Assembly: GCA_963765765.1 (NCBI GenBank)
Contig: CAVXYC010000027.1
Location: 1 to 64,000, forward strand
From: an uncultured Chloroflexia bacterium
Lineage (GTDB): Bacteria > Chloroflexota > UBA6077 > JACCZL01
DNA length: 64,000 nt
Direction of reading: 5' to 3'
Within the stretch, counting starts at the first letter, position 1, and every line of letters begins with the position of its first letter. A program made the position numbers and the translations under genes. Shown in pieces: positions 31,657 through 42,490 of the stretch. The notes under the pieces were generated by a model. It was given only the letters and a program-made list of their open reading frames with translations, was not told the origin of the DNA and searched no databases.

Positions 31657-32442
31657 ATGTTGAAGGACTACAGCCTTGAGGGCAAGCGTGCGCTTTGTAT
31701 CGGCGCCGGGCGAGGCATCGGCAAAGGCGTTGCGCTTGTTCTGGCTGAGGCCGGAGCAAACGTGGCAGTTGCCAGCGCTACTTTGGAAAACGCGCAAAAG
31801 GTCGCGGATGGGGTCAGCGAACTGGGCCGAGAAAGCTTGGCGTTTGCCGTGGACGCCACAGACGAGGCGTCCATGACGGCCCTGTCGGTGGTGACGAAGG
31901 AGCATTTCGGCGACGTGGACATCCTCGTGAACTGCGTTGGGGACTCGATCCGCAAACCGCTGATCAATCTGCCGCACGGGCCAGAGGGTGAGATGCCGTT
32001 TGACGATTGGAAGCACGTCGTTGATCTCAATCTGACCCATGCATACCTGGGAGCGCGGGCGTTCGGTCCTGGGCTTCTCAAGCGGCCGGGCAGCACCATG
32101 ATTAATATCTCGTCCTACGTAAACTCACGTGGGCGACTGGCGAGCGCCGCGTACAACGCGGGCAAAGCTGCATTGAATCAGCTCACCCGAGACCTCGCCG
32201 TGGAGTGGGCGCCATACCGCGTCCGCGTAAACGCCATTGGGCCGGGCGTGTTTCCCGATCCTGAGCAGCGCTCGCCGGAGCAGCTCAAGAAGGACATAGA
32301 AGAGCTTAACGCACGAGTGCCGTTGGGACGAGAAGGGCGTCTGCGAGACGTAGGCCTCCTTGCTGTCTACCTGGCATCAGAAGCTTCCTCCTACGTGACC
32401 GGACAGGTGTATGTGATTGATGGCGGCCTGGGACTGGTCTAG
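31657..32442 (+). CDS. SDR family oxidoreductase
   Basis: GAGRGIG, NISS, YNAGK, RVNAIGPG, YVTGQVYVIDGG. Confidence 0.93.
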   Translation: MLKDYSLEGKRALCIGAGRGIGKGVALVLAEAGANVAVASATLENAQKVADGVSELGRESLAFAVDATDEASMTALSVVTKEHFGDVDILVNCVGDSIRKPLINLPHGPEGEMPFDDWKHVVDLNLTHAYLGARAFGPGLLKRPGSTMINISSYVNSRGRLASAAYNAGKAALNQLTRDLAVEWAPYRVRVNAIGPGVFPDPEQRSPEQLKKDIEELNARVPLGREGRLRDVGLLAVYLASEASSYVTGQVYVIDGGLGLV

Positions 32443-32734
32443 TCTTCACCCCGTAGTTTTGAGCATCGGAAATGCTGGTAGTGAGCGCTTCAGCGCTTTT
32501 TCGGCGAGATCGAGCGGAGCGATGTGGACTTGAGTTCGAGTGTTGGGCAAATAGCACCTTGCCACGACAATTCCAGTCGCCATAGATACGTCGTCCGTAG
32601 GCCGCCTCGCTTCGCTCGCTAGTGGACAACGTGAAAAGCACTGAACTGCTCTCACGTAAATAGCCGTGCGCGGCGACCATTTCCAAGCTCAGTGAGTGGG
32701 CCAAGAGGTCCATCTTTTGTCTCACTACAAGCAT

Positions 32735-32785
32735 CACGACGCAAAAGAGCCGCGTCCCGCGGGACGCGGCTCTTTTTGCGTCGTG
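32735..32785. terminator. Bidirectional intrinsic terminator
   Basis: CACGACGCAAAAGAGCCGCGTCCC / GGGACGCGGCTCTTTTTGCGTCGTG. Confidence 0.8.
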
Positions 32786-32797
32786 GCTGGGGAAAAG

Positions 32798-34525
32798 CTA
32801 GCTTCCGCCAGCGCCCGCTCGGTATCCGAACGCTCGCGCAACGAGCGCCAGGCCCACGGTGAGGAAAAGGATGCAGCACGCCACCACCGCGGCGACCTCA
32901 AATTTTCCCTCCGCCATGTAGTCGAGCTGAAGCATGGAGAGTGGCCGGTTTTGCGCATTGGAGAGGAGCGCTACCTGCGCCACATTTCGGGCCGAGCCGA
33001 TGAACGCGATGAGAGCCACGACGACGAGCGTCGGCCGCAGGAGAGGCAGGACAACGTGCCGGTAGGTGTGCCACCAGCTTCCGCCCGTGAGCCAGGATGC
33101 TTCCTCCAGCTCACCGCCAAGCTGCAGGAGATTACTCTTCGTGATCTGTACCGCGAGTGGCATGCCCGAGACAACGCCCGCGATGACCAGAACTAACAAG
33201 CTGCCATACATAGGCCTGAAAGCCGGGGTGAGGAACATCGCCAGGAGACCAAGGCTGAGCAGAATTCCGGGGACCGTGAACGGCAGCCAGGTGATGAAGT
33301 CCAGCGTGTGTCGTCCAAAGAACCGAGTTCTGACCACGATGTAAGCAATAAGCGAGTTCAGAACGACGGATACCAGCGCCGTACTCGTTGCCAGAATCAA
33401 CGTGTTCTGAAGGGACCGAAGCAAGAGCGGCTCGCGGAAGGCCGTCTGCCAATGCTGTAAGGTCCACGGATCGTTCGTGAAGTATCCAAACAGCTTCATG
33501 AACGTACCCATAGTTGCGAACACAAATGGTACGCCCATGATCAGGAACATCACGAAGCCCATGAAGATGAGGGCAGGCACGCGCGCTGCGCCGAGACGGA
33601 AAAGCTGGCTTTGGAACTGGCCGGTCACCGTGGTGTATTGCCGCTTCCCGATAAACTGCTGCTGAATGACCACCAATAGCAGCATCGAAAGCACCAGCAG
33701 CACGGCTAGCGCCGAGGCCGCATCGAAGCGCGGCGTCTGCTGATAAAACGTGCTGTAGATCCACGTCGCCATCACCTGGTAGCTAATGGGCGGACCGAGA
33801 ATCTGCTCGACTTCGAACGACTCCAGAGAGCGCATCAGGACGATGAGCTCCACCGCCAGGATGGCCGGCATCATAACCGGCACGAAGATTCGCCAGATCG
33901 TACTGAGGGTACTGGCCCCAGCGACGCGTGATGCTTCCTCGAACGACGAATTCATATTTCTGAACGCAGGTGTCAGAAGCATCACCATGACGCTGATGTT
34001 GTGTGCCACCAGATGGGTCCAGACAATTCCCCAGAACGAGTAGATGTTGAAGTGGATCCCGAGCGGCTTGATGAGCTGATTGAAGAGACCGTAGTCAGGA
34101 TCGAGTACGAGGATCCAGCTCAACGTGACGGTCAGCGTCGGGAGGAAGAAGCTCAGCCAGAAGCCGAACTCGAACCACTTACTACCGGGTAGGTCAGTCC
34201 GAGCGATGAGCCATGCCATACCGATAGCGAAAGGTAGCGCGATGGCCTGGCGTGTGAGCGAGAGCATGAGCGTATTGTTGACCGCGGTTCGCAGACCACG
34301 CTCATTGAAAATGGCGATCCAGCCATCAAGGCCGTACCTCGTAGCCTCACCAGGCTTGGAAACGTCAAAGCTCTGATGAAGAATCAGCCAAAGCGGATAC
34401 AGTACCGCAAAGCCGACCACGATGAGGACAAGGATGCAGAGCGCTGTTCCGAGAGAGGGCCTGGGCAGGCGCCTCCCAACGGGGCGAACATCGATCCCGC
34501 CTACATCTGTGCTTACGCTGGCCAT
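32798..34525 (-). CDS. ABC permease, FbpB/ThiP-type
   Basis: 575 aa, two EAA loops (FEEASRVAGA, LEEASWLTGG). Confidence 0.92.
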   Translation of the reverse strand: MASVSTDVGGIDVRPVGRRLPRPSLGTALCILVLIVVGFAVLYPLWLILHQSFDVSKPGEATRYGLDGWIAIFNERGLRTAVNNTLMLSLTRQAIALPFAIGMAWLIARTDLPGSKWFEFGFWLSFFLPTLTVTLSWILVLDPDYGLFNQLIKPLGIHFNIYSFWGIVWTHLVAHNISVMVMLLTPAFRNMNSSFEEASRVAGASTLSTIWRIFVPVMMPAILAVELIVLMRSLESFEVEQILGPPISYQVMATWIYSTFYQQTPRFDAASALAVLLVLSMLLLVVIQQQFIGKRQYTTVTGQFQSQLFRLGAARVPALIFMGFVMFLIMGVPFVFATMGTFMKLFGYFTNDPWTLQHWQTAFREPLLLRSLQNTLILATSTALVSVVLNSLIAYIVVRTRFFGRHTLDFITWLPFTVPGILLSLGLLAMFLTPAFRPMYGSLLVLVIAGVVSGMPLAVQITKSNLLQLGGELEEASWLTGGSWWHTYRHVVLPLLRPTLVVVALIAFIGSARNVAQVALLSNAQNRPLSMLQLDYMAEGKFEVAAVVACCILFLTVGLALVARAFGYRAGAGGS

Positions 34526-35640
34526 ATATGCGTCCTATCTGGCGGGAACGTCAGGCGGACACTCTGTCCCTCTTCCCAGCCGACACTGCGTGGGAGGAAG
34601 AGTAGTAGCTCATCGCCGTAGGGCAGCGAAATCTGCGCCTGCCAGCGGTCACCAATAAATAGTAGCGTCTCGATCGTACCGATCAACGAGTTGTCCGGAT
34701 GGCTGGAGCTGCCATTGGCGCGTTCAACTTCGATGTCCTCGGGGCGGATTGAGATGTAGCCGGTTGAACCAGCCGACAGTCCATCAAGCGAGTGCTTCTT
34801 GCTGAAGAACTTCGCCGCATCCGGACCGTCGCCCACGGCGATTCCAATCTGACTATCTGTCGATTCCCCCACCAGCTCACCCTTGAGGCTTACCGTCTGC
34901 CCCAGAAAGTCTCGAACGAACGGGGATGCTGGCTCGTCATAGAGCGAGGCTGGGGGGCCAAGCTGCTCCGTCTTTCCGAGATTCATCACGGCGATGCGAT
35001 CTGACATCGTGAGCGCTTCTGTCTGATCGTGCGTCACAAAAAGGACGGCGATCTGGAGCTGCCGCTGGAGCAGCTTGACCTCGATGCGCATTTGTTCCCG
35101 AAGCTTGGCGTCCAGGTTACTAAATGGCTCGTCAAGCAGCAGGAGGTCGGGCTCGTACACCAGCGCGCGGCAGAGCGCCACGCGCTGCTGCTGGCCGCCA
35201 GAAAGAAGCGGAGCGGGACGTTCACCGAGGCCGCCCATGCCCACAAGCTCCAAGACCTTTTCCACTTTCTCCTTGACGACGTTTGACGACATCTTGCGGA
35301 GCCGCAGCGGGTACGCCACATTCTCGAACACCGTCATGTGCGGCCAGATGGCGTAGCTCTGGAAGACCATACCGACATTGCGCTTGTGCGGCGGGACAAA
35401 CAATCCGCGGGTTGGGTCCGCGATGGGCTGCCCACCGTAAGAGATCAATCCGCCATCGTTCCGCTCAAGGCCCGCCACCATCCGAAGCGTCGTTGTTTTG
35501 CCGCAGCCGCTAGGACCGAGCAGCGTAAAGAACTCGCCCCGCTGGATCTCAAAGCTCGAGCCATCGACGGCGCGCGTCTTACCAAACACCTTGACGACAT
35601 TCTCGAGTTTCAGAATTGTTTCGGCCACTGGCTCCTCCAC
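34513..35640 (-). CDS. ABC ATP-binding protein (FbpC/PotA-type, TOBE tail)
   Basis: GPSGCGKT, LSGGQQQR, LLLDEP, VTHDQ. Confidence 0.95.
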   Translation of the reverse strand: MEEPVAETILKLENVVKVFGKTRAVDGSSFEIQRGEFFTLLGPSGCGKTTTLRMVAGLERNDGGLISYGGQPIADPTRGLFVPPHKRNVGMVFQSYAIWPHMTVFENVAYPLRLRKMSSNVVKEKVEKVLELVGMGGLGERPAPLLSGGQQQRVALCRALVYEPDLLLLDEPFSNLDAKLREQMRIEVKLLQRQLQIAVLFVTHDQTEALTMSDRIAVMNLGKTEQLGPPASLYDEPASPFVRDFLGQTVSLKGELVGESTDSQIGIAVGDGPDAAKFFSKKHSLDGLSAGSTGYISIRPEDIEVERANGSSSHPDNSLIGTIETLLFIGDRWQAQISLPYGDELLLFLPRSVGWEEGQSVRLTFPPDRTHIWPA

Positions 35641-36051
35641 TCAACATTGAGTCTGAGAACTAAGTCATGCGGGACGATCATCCGTCCCGTGACATGCGAT
35701 TGAATCGATCGATACGTTCTTGATGAGCTACTTGATCGTCTGGTTGCCTACGCCGTCGTCAACCGGTCTATCAGCCCCATGCGTGACACGAGCGTTAACT
35801 CCGGCTCCTTGAATCCTCCAAACGCATTCCATCAAGTCTCTGTGATGTCGACTCTTCAACCGATTCGCCTCGATTGGTACGGCTGATTCTCCAGCGTCCT
35901 TGCCAGTGGGATCACCGCGCCCCAGCCAACTTACGCACTTCTGCGCGCGATCTAGTATTGGGCTTTAGCGCTCACGACGGCCAGCATTTTAGCGTCTCAG
36001 GCTCGAGGGTTCAGTGGTTCGCCCGAACTGGCCCCATATGCACGCTGAGCG

Positions 36052-37155
36052 CTAGGCGACAGCGGCCACCGGCGCCAGGCGATAAAACCGCTCGGCATTC
36101 CCGCCCAGGATCTTCCCTTTCGCTTCCTCGCCCATCTCCTCGTTCTCCAGCAGCTCCTCGATCTCGTGCCGACACATCGCCGCCGTCACTTCGTGCGGGA
36201 AGTCCGTGCTGAACAGGAACGCGTCCGCTCCCACCACCCGACTCGCTTCCGCAATCGCCGGCTCTTCCCCTTCGCACCCCACGTACAGCCGCCCTTCGGC
36301 GATCTGCCGCTGCATGTACGCGCTCACTCGCTCGCCCTCGCGCAGCTGGAAGTGCTCGTTGCGCGGGTCGTGCGCCAGGTGCGTCTCCCAGCTCCGATCG
36401 AACCGCTCCAGGCATACCAGGAACCACGCGACGCCCCCTTCCAGGTACGCGTAGCGGGCATTCGGAAAGTGGTCGAAGATGCCGTTGAACAGCATCGCTC
36501 CCAGACCGACCATCTGGCCGAACGGATGCCCCAGCCCGTGGACCGGCCCGTACACGTTGAAGTGGTCCATCCCGAAGCCGCTATGCGCGCCACCGTGCAC
36601 CGCCAGCGCGCAGCCCAGTCGATCGGCCACCTCGTACACCGGCCAGTATTCTTTGGCCCCCAGGTGGTTGGGCAGCCCGGTGCTCGGTAACATGGCTCCC
36701 CGCATCCCCAGCTCGGTCACCGCCCGCTCCAGCTCCTCCGCCGCCGCGCGCGGCTCCTGCATCGGAATCAGCGCCATGCCATTGAAGCGCTTATCGGCTC
36801 CCACGTAGCCATCGTAGAGCCAGTTGTTGTAGGCCCTACATAGGGAAGCGGCCCAATCGTAGTCCACCATCTTGCCGTGTGCGAGAGCTAGTGTTGGATA
36901 TAGGACGGTACTCTCAATACCGACATCTTCAAGGAAGATTTGCCATTCGCGCGGGCCCACCGGCTTACCCGCGCCAAACGCCCCCGGCAGAAGCTCCACC
37001 TGCTGACTATGGAGATGATCGAGTGGCGGGAACATCCGTGACGCTGCGTCATTCCACCGCCAATTTGACTTGTACACATCCGGAATGTGTTTGGCGATAC
37101 CCGGCCCGTCTTCAAAGACGTGACCGTCTGCGTCGACGATGTGCGGGGAGCTCAT
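36052..37155 (-). CDS. Amidohydrolase_2 family protein (copy 1)
   Basis: DADGHV, RAYNNW, AVHGG, LEGGVAW, FSTDFPHE, GNAERFY. Confidence 0.92.
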   Translation of the reverse strand: MSSPHIVDADGHVFEDGPGIAKHIPDVYKSNWRWNDAASRMFPPLDHLHSQQVELLPGAFGAGKPVGPREWQIFLEDVGIESTVLYPTLALAHGKMVDYDWAASLCRAYNNWLYDGYVGADKRFNGMALIPMQEPRAAAEELERAVTELGMRGAMLPSTGLPNHLGAKEYWPVYEVADRLGCALAVHGGAHSGFGMDHFNVYGPVHGLGHPFGQMVGLGAMLFNGIFDHFPNARYAYLEGGVAWFLVCLERFDRSWETHLAHDPRNEHFQLREGERVSAYMQRQIAEGRLYVGCEGEEPAIAEASRVVGADAFLFSTDFPHEVTAAMCRHEIEELLENEEMGEEAKGKILGGNAERFYRLAPVAAVA

Positions 37156-37341
37156 GGGGCGTCCTCTATTATTGATTGATGAACTTATAGATTTTAAGCA
37201 GTAATCGCACGATTCTACGGAGCGACTGCCATACGGTCAAGTCGTAGACAAGGAATGCTGTAGGTCGTCAGCGAACCAATTGCGCCTGGGCGGCTCCACG
37301 CTCAGCAAGTAAAGTTAACTGACGACCATTCAGGAGGAAGC

Positions 37342-38655
37342 GTGCTTAGCGAAAAGGAGAACCAAGCGCTCACGCAAGTGGGTCCCGGCACCCCAATGGG
37401 TGAGCTCATGCGACGCTACTGGCACCCCATAGGCGCCTCCAAGGAGCTTGAGGACAACCCTTTCCGCACTAAGGAAGTGCGCGTCCTCGGTGAAGACCTC
37501 GTGCTCTTTCGCGATCGGCAGGGCAAGTTGGGCTTGATCGACCGTTATTGCTCACACCGACGTGTGAATCTGGCCATCGGCGTCGTTGAAGAAGACGGCA
37601 TCCGTTGCCAATACCACGGTTGGAAATTCAACGCCGAGGGCCAGTGCATCGAGCAGCCGTTCGAAGACACGATGCATCCTGAAGCGGCGTTTCGAGGGAA
37701 GTGCGGCATCGCCGGATACCCCATCAAGGAGCTCGCCGGCCTGGTCTGGGCATATCTCGGTCCAACGCCCGTGCCTGAGCTACCGAGCTGGGAGCCGCTT
37801 ACCTGGGGAAATGCAGTGCGCGACATCGCAATCTCCGTCCTCCCTTGCAACTGGCTTCAGTGTCAAGAGAACTCGCTGGACCCCGTTCACACAGAATGGC
37901 TTCACGGATATTTTGGCAGTTACGTCAACTCGATTAAAGGCGACAGCGGAGGGCGTGTCGGCGGACGATTCGGAAAGCCGCACAAGCGCATCGCCTTCGA
38001 CACGTTCGACTACGGCATCATCAAGCGCCGTCTCGTTGAGGGCGGTTCTCTAGACGACGAGGACTGGACGATGGGTCACCCCATCATGTTCCCGCATATT
38101 CTGCTGACGGGAAATCAGTTCGTCTACACCATGCAGTGGCGCGTGCCCATGGATGACACGCACACTTATCACGTCTCCCAGTACATCTTCCCGATTGCGC
38201 CAGGACAAGAAGGACCAATGCAGGAGACTGTTCCATATCGTGAAGTGCCCCTGCGGGAAGAGAACGGCAACTGGGTCCTGGATCACCTGTTCAACCAGGA
38301 TTACATGGCCTGGTTCACACAGAAGCCGATCGCTGAACGTCATCGCGAAAAACTTGGCGAATCGGATCGAGGCATCATCCTGTTCCGACATCTCCTGCAG
38401 GAGCAGATGGAGCGCGTCCGTGAGGGTGAGGACCCCATGGGCGTCATTCGCGATGCAAACATAGCTCGATGCGTCAACGTGCCGCGTGAGCGCGTGAAGC
38501 ACGGCATCATGCACCGCCCCGTCTACCATCCGCTGGAGGCGGGCGTGAGCGAGCACGCTGACATCATCGAGCAGGCCCTGGCTACCTGGGATGCGATCCC
38601 GGAGCACAAGGGTGAGCTCGTTGGAGCCAGCGCAAGTGCCCTACTCGGAACTTAG
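37342..38655 (+). CDS. Rieske oxygenase alpha subunit (phthalate 4,5-dioxygenase/LigXa-like)
   Basis: VGPGTPMGELMRRYW, CSHR, CQYHGW, ENSLDPVHTEWLH, QDYMAW, LGESDRGI. Confidence 0.92.
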   Translation: MLSEKENQALTQVGPGTPMGELMRRYWHPIGASKELEDNPFRTKEVRVLGEDLVLFRDRQGKLGLIDRYCSHRRVNLAIGVVEEDGIRCQYHGWKFNAEGQCIEQPFEDTMHPEAAFRGKCGIAGYPIKELAGLVWAYLGPTPVPELPSWEPLTWGNAVRDIAISVLPCNWLQCQENSLDPVHTEWLHGYFGSYVNSIKGDSGGRVGGRFGKPHKRIAFDTFDYGIIKRRLVEGGSLDDEDWTMGHPIMFPHILLTGNQFVYTMQWRVPMDDTHTYHVSQYIFPIAPGQEGPMQETVPYREVPLREENGNWVLDHLFNQDYMAWFTQKPIAERHREKLGESDRGIILFRHLLQEQMERVREGEDPMGVIRDANIARCVNVPRERVKHGIMHRPVYHPLEAGVSEHADIIEQALATWDAIPEHKGELVGASASALLGT

Positions 38656-38674
38656 GCTAGTACGGCGTCGCTGA

Positions 38675-38728
38675 CTCAAATAAAGAGAGGTGGAGGGACG
38701 AGAGCCCTCCACCTCTCTTTATTTTGAG
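38675..38728. terminator. Bidirectional terminator
   Basis: AAATAAAGAGAGGTGGAGGG / CCCTCCACCTCTCTTTATTT stem between convergent genes. Confidence 0.85.
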
Positions 38729-38852
38729 TGTCGCCACAACCATAGTCGCGGGTCGTTTCAAGGGGCGATCCGTAGAGCGGGACTCCGTGCCCGCGAGTCC
38801 ATCAAATGCTTTGCCCAGCATGCGTAAGCGGTATGTCCAGACACCGACCGCT

Positions 38853-40046
38853 TCAGACGCTCGTTGTAGCCTGAGCTAAACGACTCCCGACATCCCTCAA
38901 CCGCTCGGCAGCGGCGGCAAGTGTCTCTGGCCGCTTCGCGAAGCAGAAGCGCGCCAGCCGTGGCGCACGTGCCGAATCGAGGTAGAACGCCGATGGCGGC
39001 ACCGCCGCCACCCCAATCTCGCTAGTCAGCCATCGGCAAAATTCGACATCGGTACTGAAGCCAAGCGCGCTGAAATCAGCATTGATGAAGTACGAGCCCT
39101 GGACGGGCAACGGTGACAACCCGCAGTCCGCGAGGATCGCGGTGAGCTGATCTCGTCGCGCGGTGTAGTCGGCCTTCAGCGTCTCGTAGTAGCCATTCGT
39201 CCAAGCCAGCTCCAACGCCGCTGCGGCGGCATGCTGCATGGGAGTCGAGGTGGCAAACGTGACGAATTGGTGAACGGCGCGTACCGCCGACGATAGCTCC
39301 GTCGGTGCGATCAGGTAGCCGATCTTCCAACCCGTCATGCCGAAAGTCTTACCGGTTGAGTTTATTGTGATCGTCCGATCCCACATGCCTGGCACCTCGG
39401 CAAGCGGACGGTGCACCGTATCGTCGAAGGTGAGCCGGTCATAGACCTCGTCCGTGACGGCGACGACGTCCCAGTCCTGGCAGAGCTCCGCGATTTGAGC
39501 CAGCTCGTCTGCGCTGAAAACCTTGCCGGTGGGATTGTGCGGTGTATTCAACAGCAGGAGCTTGGTGCGCGGAGAGAAGGCCGACTTCAGCTCCTGCCCG
39601 TCAAATGACCAGTCCGGCGCATGCAGCGTCACAACCTTGATCTGCCCGCCAGATAGCAAAACACTGGGCACGTAGGAGTCGTAGAACGGCTCGAAGACGA
39701 TAACTTCGTCACCCGACTCAACGAAGGCGCGAACGACATCGAACAGCGCCTCGGTGGCACCACTGGTGACGCTCACCTCCGTGTCGGGGTCGATCGAGCG
39801 GCCGTACTGCCGCTCCCACGTCGTAGCGATTGCCTGGCGCAGTCGCGGCTCGCCGTGCGCTACCGCGTATTGGTTGAGACCACTCCGGATCGCCTCGACC
39901 GCTGCATCCTTAAAGAACTCGGGACCATCGAAATCCGGATAACCCTGCCCCAGGTTCACCGCCTTATGTAGATTCGCCAGGCGGCTCATCTCGGTGAAGA
40001 TCGATGTGCCAAAATGCCGCACCTGCGCCGCCGCTCGTGGGTCCAA
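38853..40046 (-). CDS. PLP-dependent class I/II aminotransferase (YbdL/kynurenine aminotransferase-like)
   Basis: TSIFTEMS, NLGQGYPDF, NTPHNPTG, DEVY, STGKTFGMTGWKIG, RFCFAK. TTG start after a GAGGAG RBS. Confidence 0.92.
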   Translation of the reverse strand: MDPRAAAQVRHFGTSIFTEMSRLANLHKAVNLGQGYPDFDGPEFFKDAAVEAIRSGLNQYAVAHGEPRLRQAIATTWERQYGRSIDPDTEVSVTSGATEALFDVVRAFVESGDEVIVFEPFYDSYVPSVLLSGGQIKVVTLHAPDWSFDGQELKSAFSPRTKLLLLNTPHNPTGKVFSADELAQIAELCQDWDVVAVTDEVYDRLTFDDTVHRPLAEVPGMWDRTITINSTGKTFGMTGWKIGYLIAPTELSSAVRAVHQFVTFATSTPMQHAAAAALELAWTNGYYETLKADYTARRDQLTAILADCGLSPLPVQGSYFINADFSALGFSTDVEFCRWLTSEIGVAAVPPSAFYLDSARAPRLARFCFAKRPETLAAAAERLRDVGSRLAQATTSV

Positions 40047-40246
40047 TGCTCTTGCTCCTCGCCGGCGGCAATCGGAGTAGGGAGGCGCCGGCCATGACGG
40101 GTGACGCTCCCCGGCGTCACGCTTCCCTGCGGAGATGATGTTTAGCATACGCGGCGAGGTCGCGGTCGCACGAGAGGTTACTGCATAAGGAAGCGGCCAG
40201 TCCTACTAGAGTCCACGCCTTTGGCCATTGCTAACCAGCCGCGGAT

Positions 40247-40330
40247 TGTCATCCTGAGCGCAGCGAAGGGCTTACACCGACGGTTTCCCGGAATGCGTTG
40301 GGGAAGATCCTCGCTACGCTCAGGATGGCA
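40247..40330. repeat. REP-like inverted repeat (TGTCATCCTGA family)
   Basis: TGTCATCCTGAGCGCAGCGAAGG ... AGATCCTCGCTACGCTCAGGATGGCA; related to 51924-52052. Confidence 0.75.
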
Positions 40331-40403
40331 GGAACGGAGCAAGCATGGAGTAGCGGGCATGAGCGAGTCCGTTCAATCATCCCGACTACCCACACCATCG
40401 GGA

Positions 40404-40489
40404 GTGGCGCCCCTTACAGGCGCTACCTAGAGACCGCAATTGCGTTTGCCTGCAGTGAGTCTCAGGTGGCGCCCGTAAAGAGACGCCAC
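40404..40489. repeat. Second REP-like inverted pair
   Basis: GTGGCGCCCCTTACAGGCGCTACCTAGAGAC and an imperfect inverted copy GTCTCAGGTGGCGCCCGTAAAGAGACGCCAC; each arm is itself a hairpin. Confidence 0.55.
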
Positions 40490-40584
40490 GACGCGCGACC
40501 TCCAAGTCTAGTACGACAGCGCCAACACAAAGAGAGCCCGAATCGAGGTCATCGACTCGGGTTCTCGCGTAGACTCGGAGACAG

Positions 40585-41850
40585 CTAGTTGAGCAGCGCC
40601 TTCGCCAGCTCCTGAGTTTTGATTCCCGCGTCCAGAAGCGACTCGTCGTCGGAGCGGAGATACTTCACGCCCTTCTGGGGCCGCACACTCTCGTCGAATG
40701 CCGGTACGTCCAGGCGCCGGCTGTTGACGTTAGCGTTCTTGGAGTAGATCGTGCTGCCTTCCTTCGTCAGCAGCCAGTTCGCAAACACCTGAGCCGCCTT
40801 TGGATGCGGCGCCTTGGCCACAATCCAGATATTGTTACTGGCGGCGTTCGTGTATTCGATCTCAGGAACCGGGTTCACCTTGATATTGTTGCCAAGGCCT
40901 TGTGCCTGGAAATCAGCCAGAATCCGTTTGTCCACGGCACCAACGCCGATGGAGTAGCGACCGCGCACCATGAACTCGGTGAGCTGCCGTGCGTCATTGC
41001 TGACCACGATCTCCTGATCAACCCACAGCTTCTTCACGATATCGTCGCTACCCGTTACAACGCGCATCATGGTGGTTGGAGTGAAGCCTGAGCCCTTGGT
41101 ACGGGGATCGCCACCGACCATTTTCCCGCGCCATTTTGGATCCAGCAGGTGCTCCAGCTTGGTGATCTCGCCTTCTTTTACCTGATCGGTATTGATCCAG
41201 ACCTGGCTCTCGATATCGCGACCAACGGAGTATTGCCACTGCTTGCCGATGTCGTTGAAACCGCCTTCAAATCCGTCAACCCAGACGCTGTCGTCCAGAA
41301 CTTCAGGAAGCACAAGTAGTGGTCGAACTGGCACCGCGCCGCTCACCGGCACGGCTTGGCGAAGCATCTCCTGCGTGGTCATCATGGCCACGTCCCAGGT
41401 GTAGAGCCCCGCTTTGTGCTCCTGGAGCAGGCGCGGCAGATAGTCACGTGATGATGACTGGAACTGCGAGTGCTCCACCTTGATGCCAGGGAAAGCCTTT
41501 TCAAATTCATCGACGATCACACGGTAGCCCGTGCCCGCATATGTCGCTAATGTGAGCGCACCCTCAGCCTTTGCACCGGCCACGAGCGCATCCCAATCCG
41601 CCTTGCTTATACCCGCCGCTGATGCGACAGGTGAGGCGGCTGGACTTGCCGCGGGCGATGCCGCAGCAGCGGGAGAGCTAGCGGCGGCAGGTGAGGCAGC
41701 AGGCTTCGCGTCGGCTGGCTTTGCAGGCGCTGCCGTCGGTGAGGCGGGGGCCGGAGACGAACATGCCGCGGCGAGCGCCGCCGCGCTCCCGAGACCCAGT
41801 AGGCGCAGTACGCTGCGCCGATTCATTGTTCTCGCAACTTCAGTTGACAC
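40585..41850 (-). CDS. ABC substrate-binding Tat lipoprotein (AfuA/TbpA-like class)
   Basis: NRRSVL..LAAAC signal, PAAS repeats, DPRTKGSG, APHPKAAQVFANWLLTKEG. Confidence 0.9.
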   Translation of the reverse strand: MSTEVARTMNRRSVLRLLGLGSAAALAAACSSPAPASPTAAPAKPADAKPAASPAAASSPAAAASPAASPAASPVASAAGISKADWDALVAGAKAEGALTLATYAGTGYRVIVDEFEKAFPGIKVEHSQFQSSSRDYLPRLLQEHKAGLYTWDVAMMTTQEMLRQAVPVSGAVPVRPLLVLPEVLDDSVWVDGFEGGFNDIGKQWQYSVGRDIESQVWINTDQVKEGEITKLEHLLDPKWRGKMVGGDPRTKGSGFTPTTMMRVVTGSDDIVKKLWVDQEIVVSNDARQLTEFMVRGRYSIGVGAVDKRILADFQAQGLGNNIKVNPVPEIEYTNAASNNIWIVAKAPHPKAAQVFANWLLTKEGSTIYSKNANVNSRRLDVPAFDESVRPQKGVKYLRSDDESLLDAGIKTQELAKALLN

Positions 41851-42171
41851 GCGTACACCAACCTCCCACGACACAAAAATGCCCCGGCTACAGCACGCTG
41901 GCCCGGGGGCATGACCAATCGACTTGAGACAATCTACTGTTAAATGGTCCTAAGTCGCAACGGCTAGTTCAATGTGGGCGTAACTGAAACTTGAGACCCT
42001 AATACCAGAACCGCTGATTCCTGTAAGGCCACTGCGGCACGCTCTGAGAATATTCTTTCACGGACGGTGCTGATTTAGCGGCCTGTCACTTTCAGGCTAA
42101 AACGCGGGGAATTTTCAGTGCTCGGCGGGGTTCGGGCCGCACCGACGGCAGGCTGCGACCGGATCGCGAGT

Positions 42172-42425
42172 CTAGTCGTCAACCAGGCGGTCCAGCAAGT
42201 CGGCTGCCAGACTGAGGAGCTGGCGCTCGGTCGGGGTGAGCGCTTGGGCCATCGCTTCGGCCAGCCATGTATCGCGGTGGCGCATGTCGTCGGAGAGTAC
42301 CCGACTCCGCTCACGCGTAATGGTGATGATGGCACGACGTCGATCGGCCGGATCCTGCGTGCGGTAGATCAACTCCTGCCCCTCGAGCTCAGCGAGCACG
42401 CGGGTCAATGTCTGCGGCTGTGACT
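42172..42425 (-). pseudogene. 3' half of a MarR-family regulator
   Basis: QPQTLTRVLAELEGQELIYRTQDPADRR..LTPTERQLL. N-terminus missing. Confidence 0.75.
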
Positions 42426-42427
42426 CC

Positions 42428-42490
42428 TCCGGCCACGGCCAGGCCGCCCCGCAGGAAATCGCGCCGGGGAGTGGACTGGAACGAGGTCAC
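42428..42490 (-). pseudogene. Tat-signal stub of a further COG2984-type lipoprotein
   Basis: GTG overlapping the upstream TGA reads VTSFQSTPRRDFLRGGLAVAG and then joins the MarR fragment. Confidence 0.6.

Noticed and set aside
32446-32737. Short ORFs or an ncRNA in the SDR-permease spacer
   Set aside because: No RBS-supported ORF with known motifs and no recognisable RNA family.
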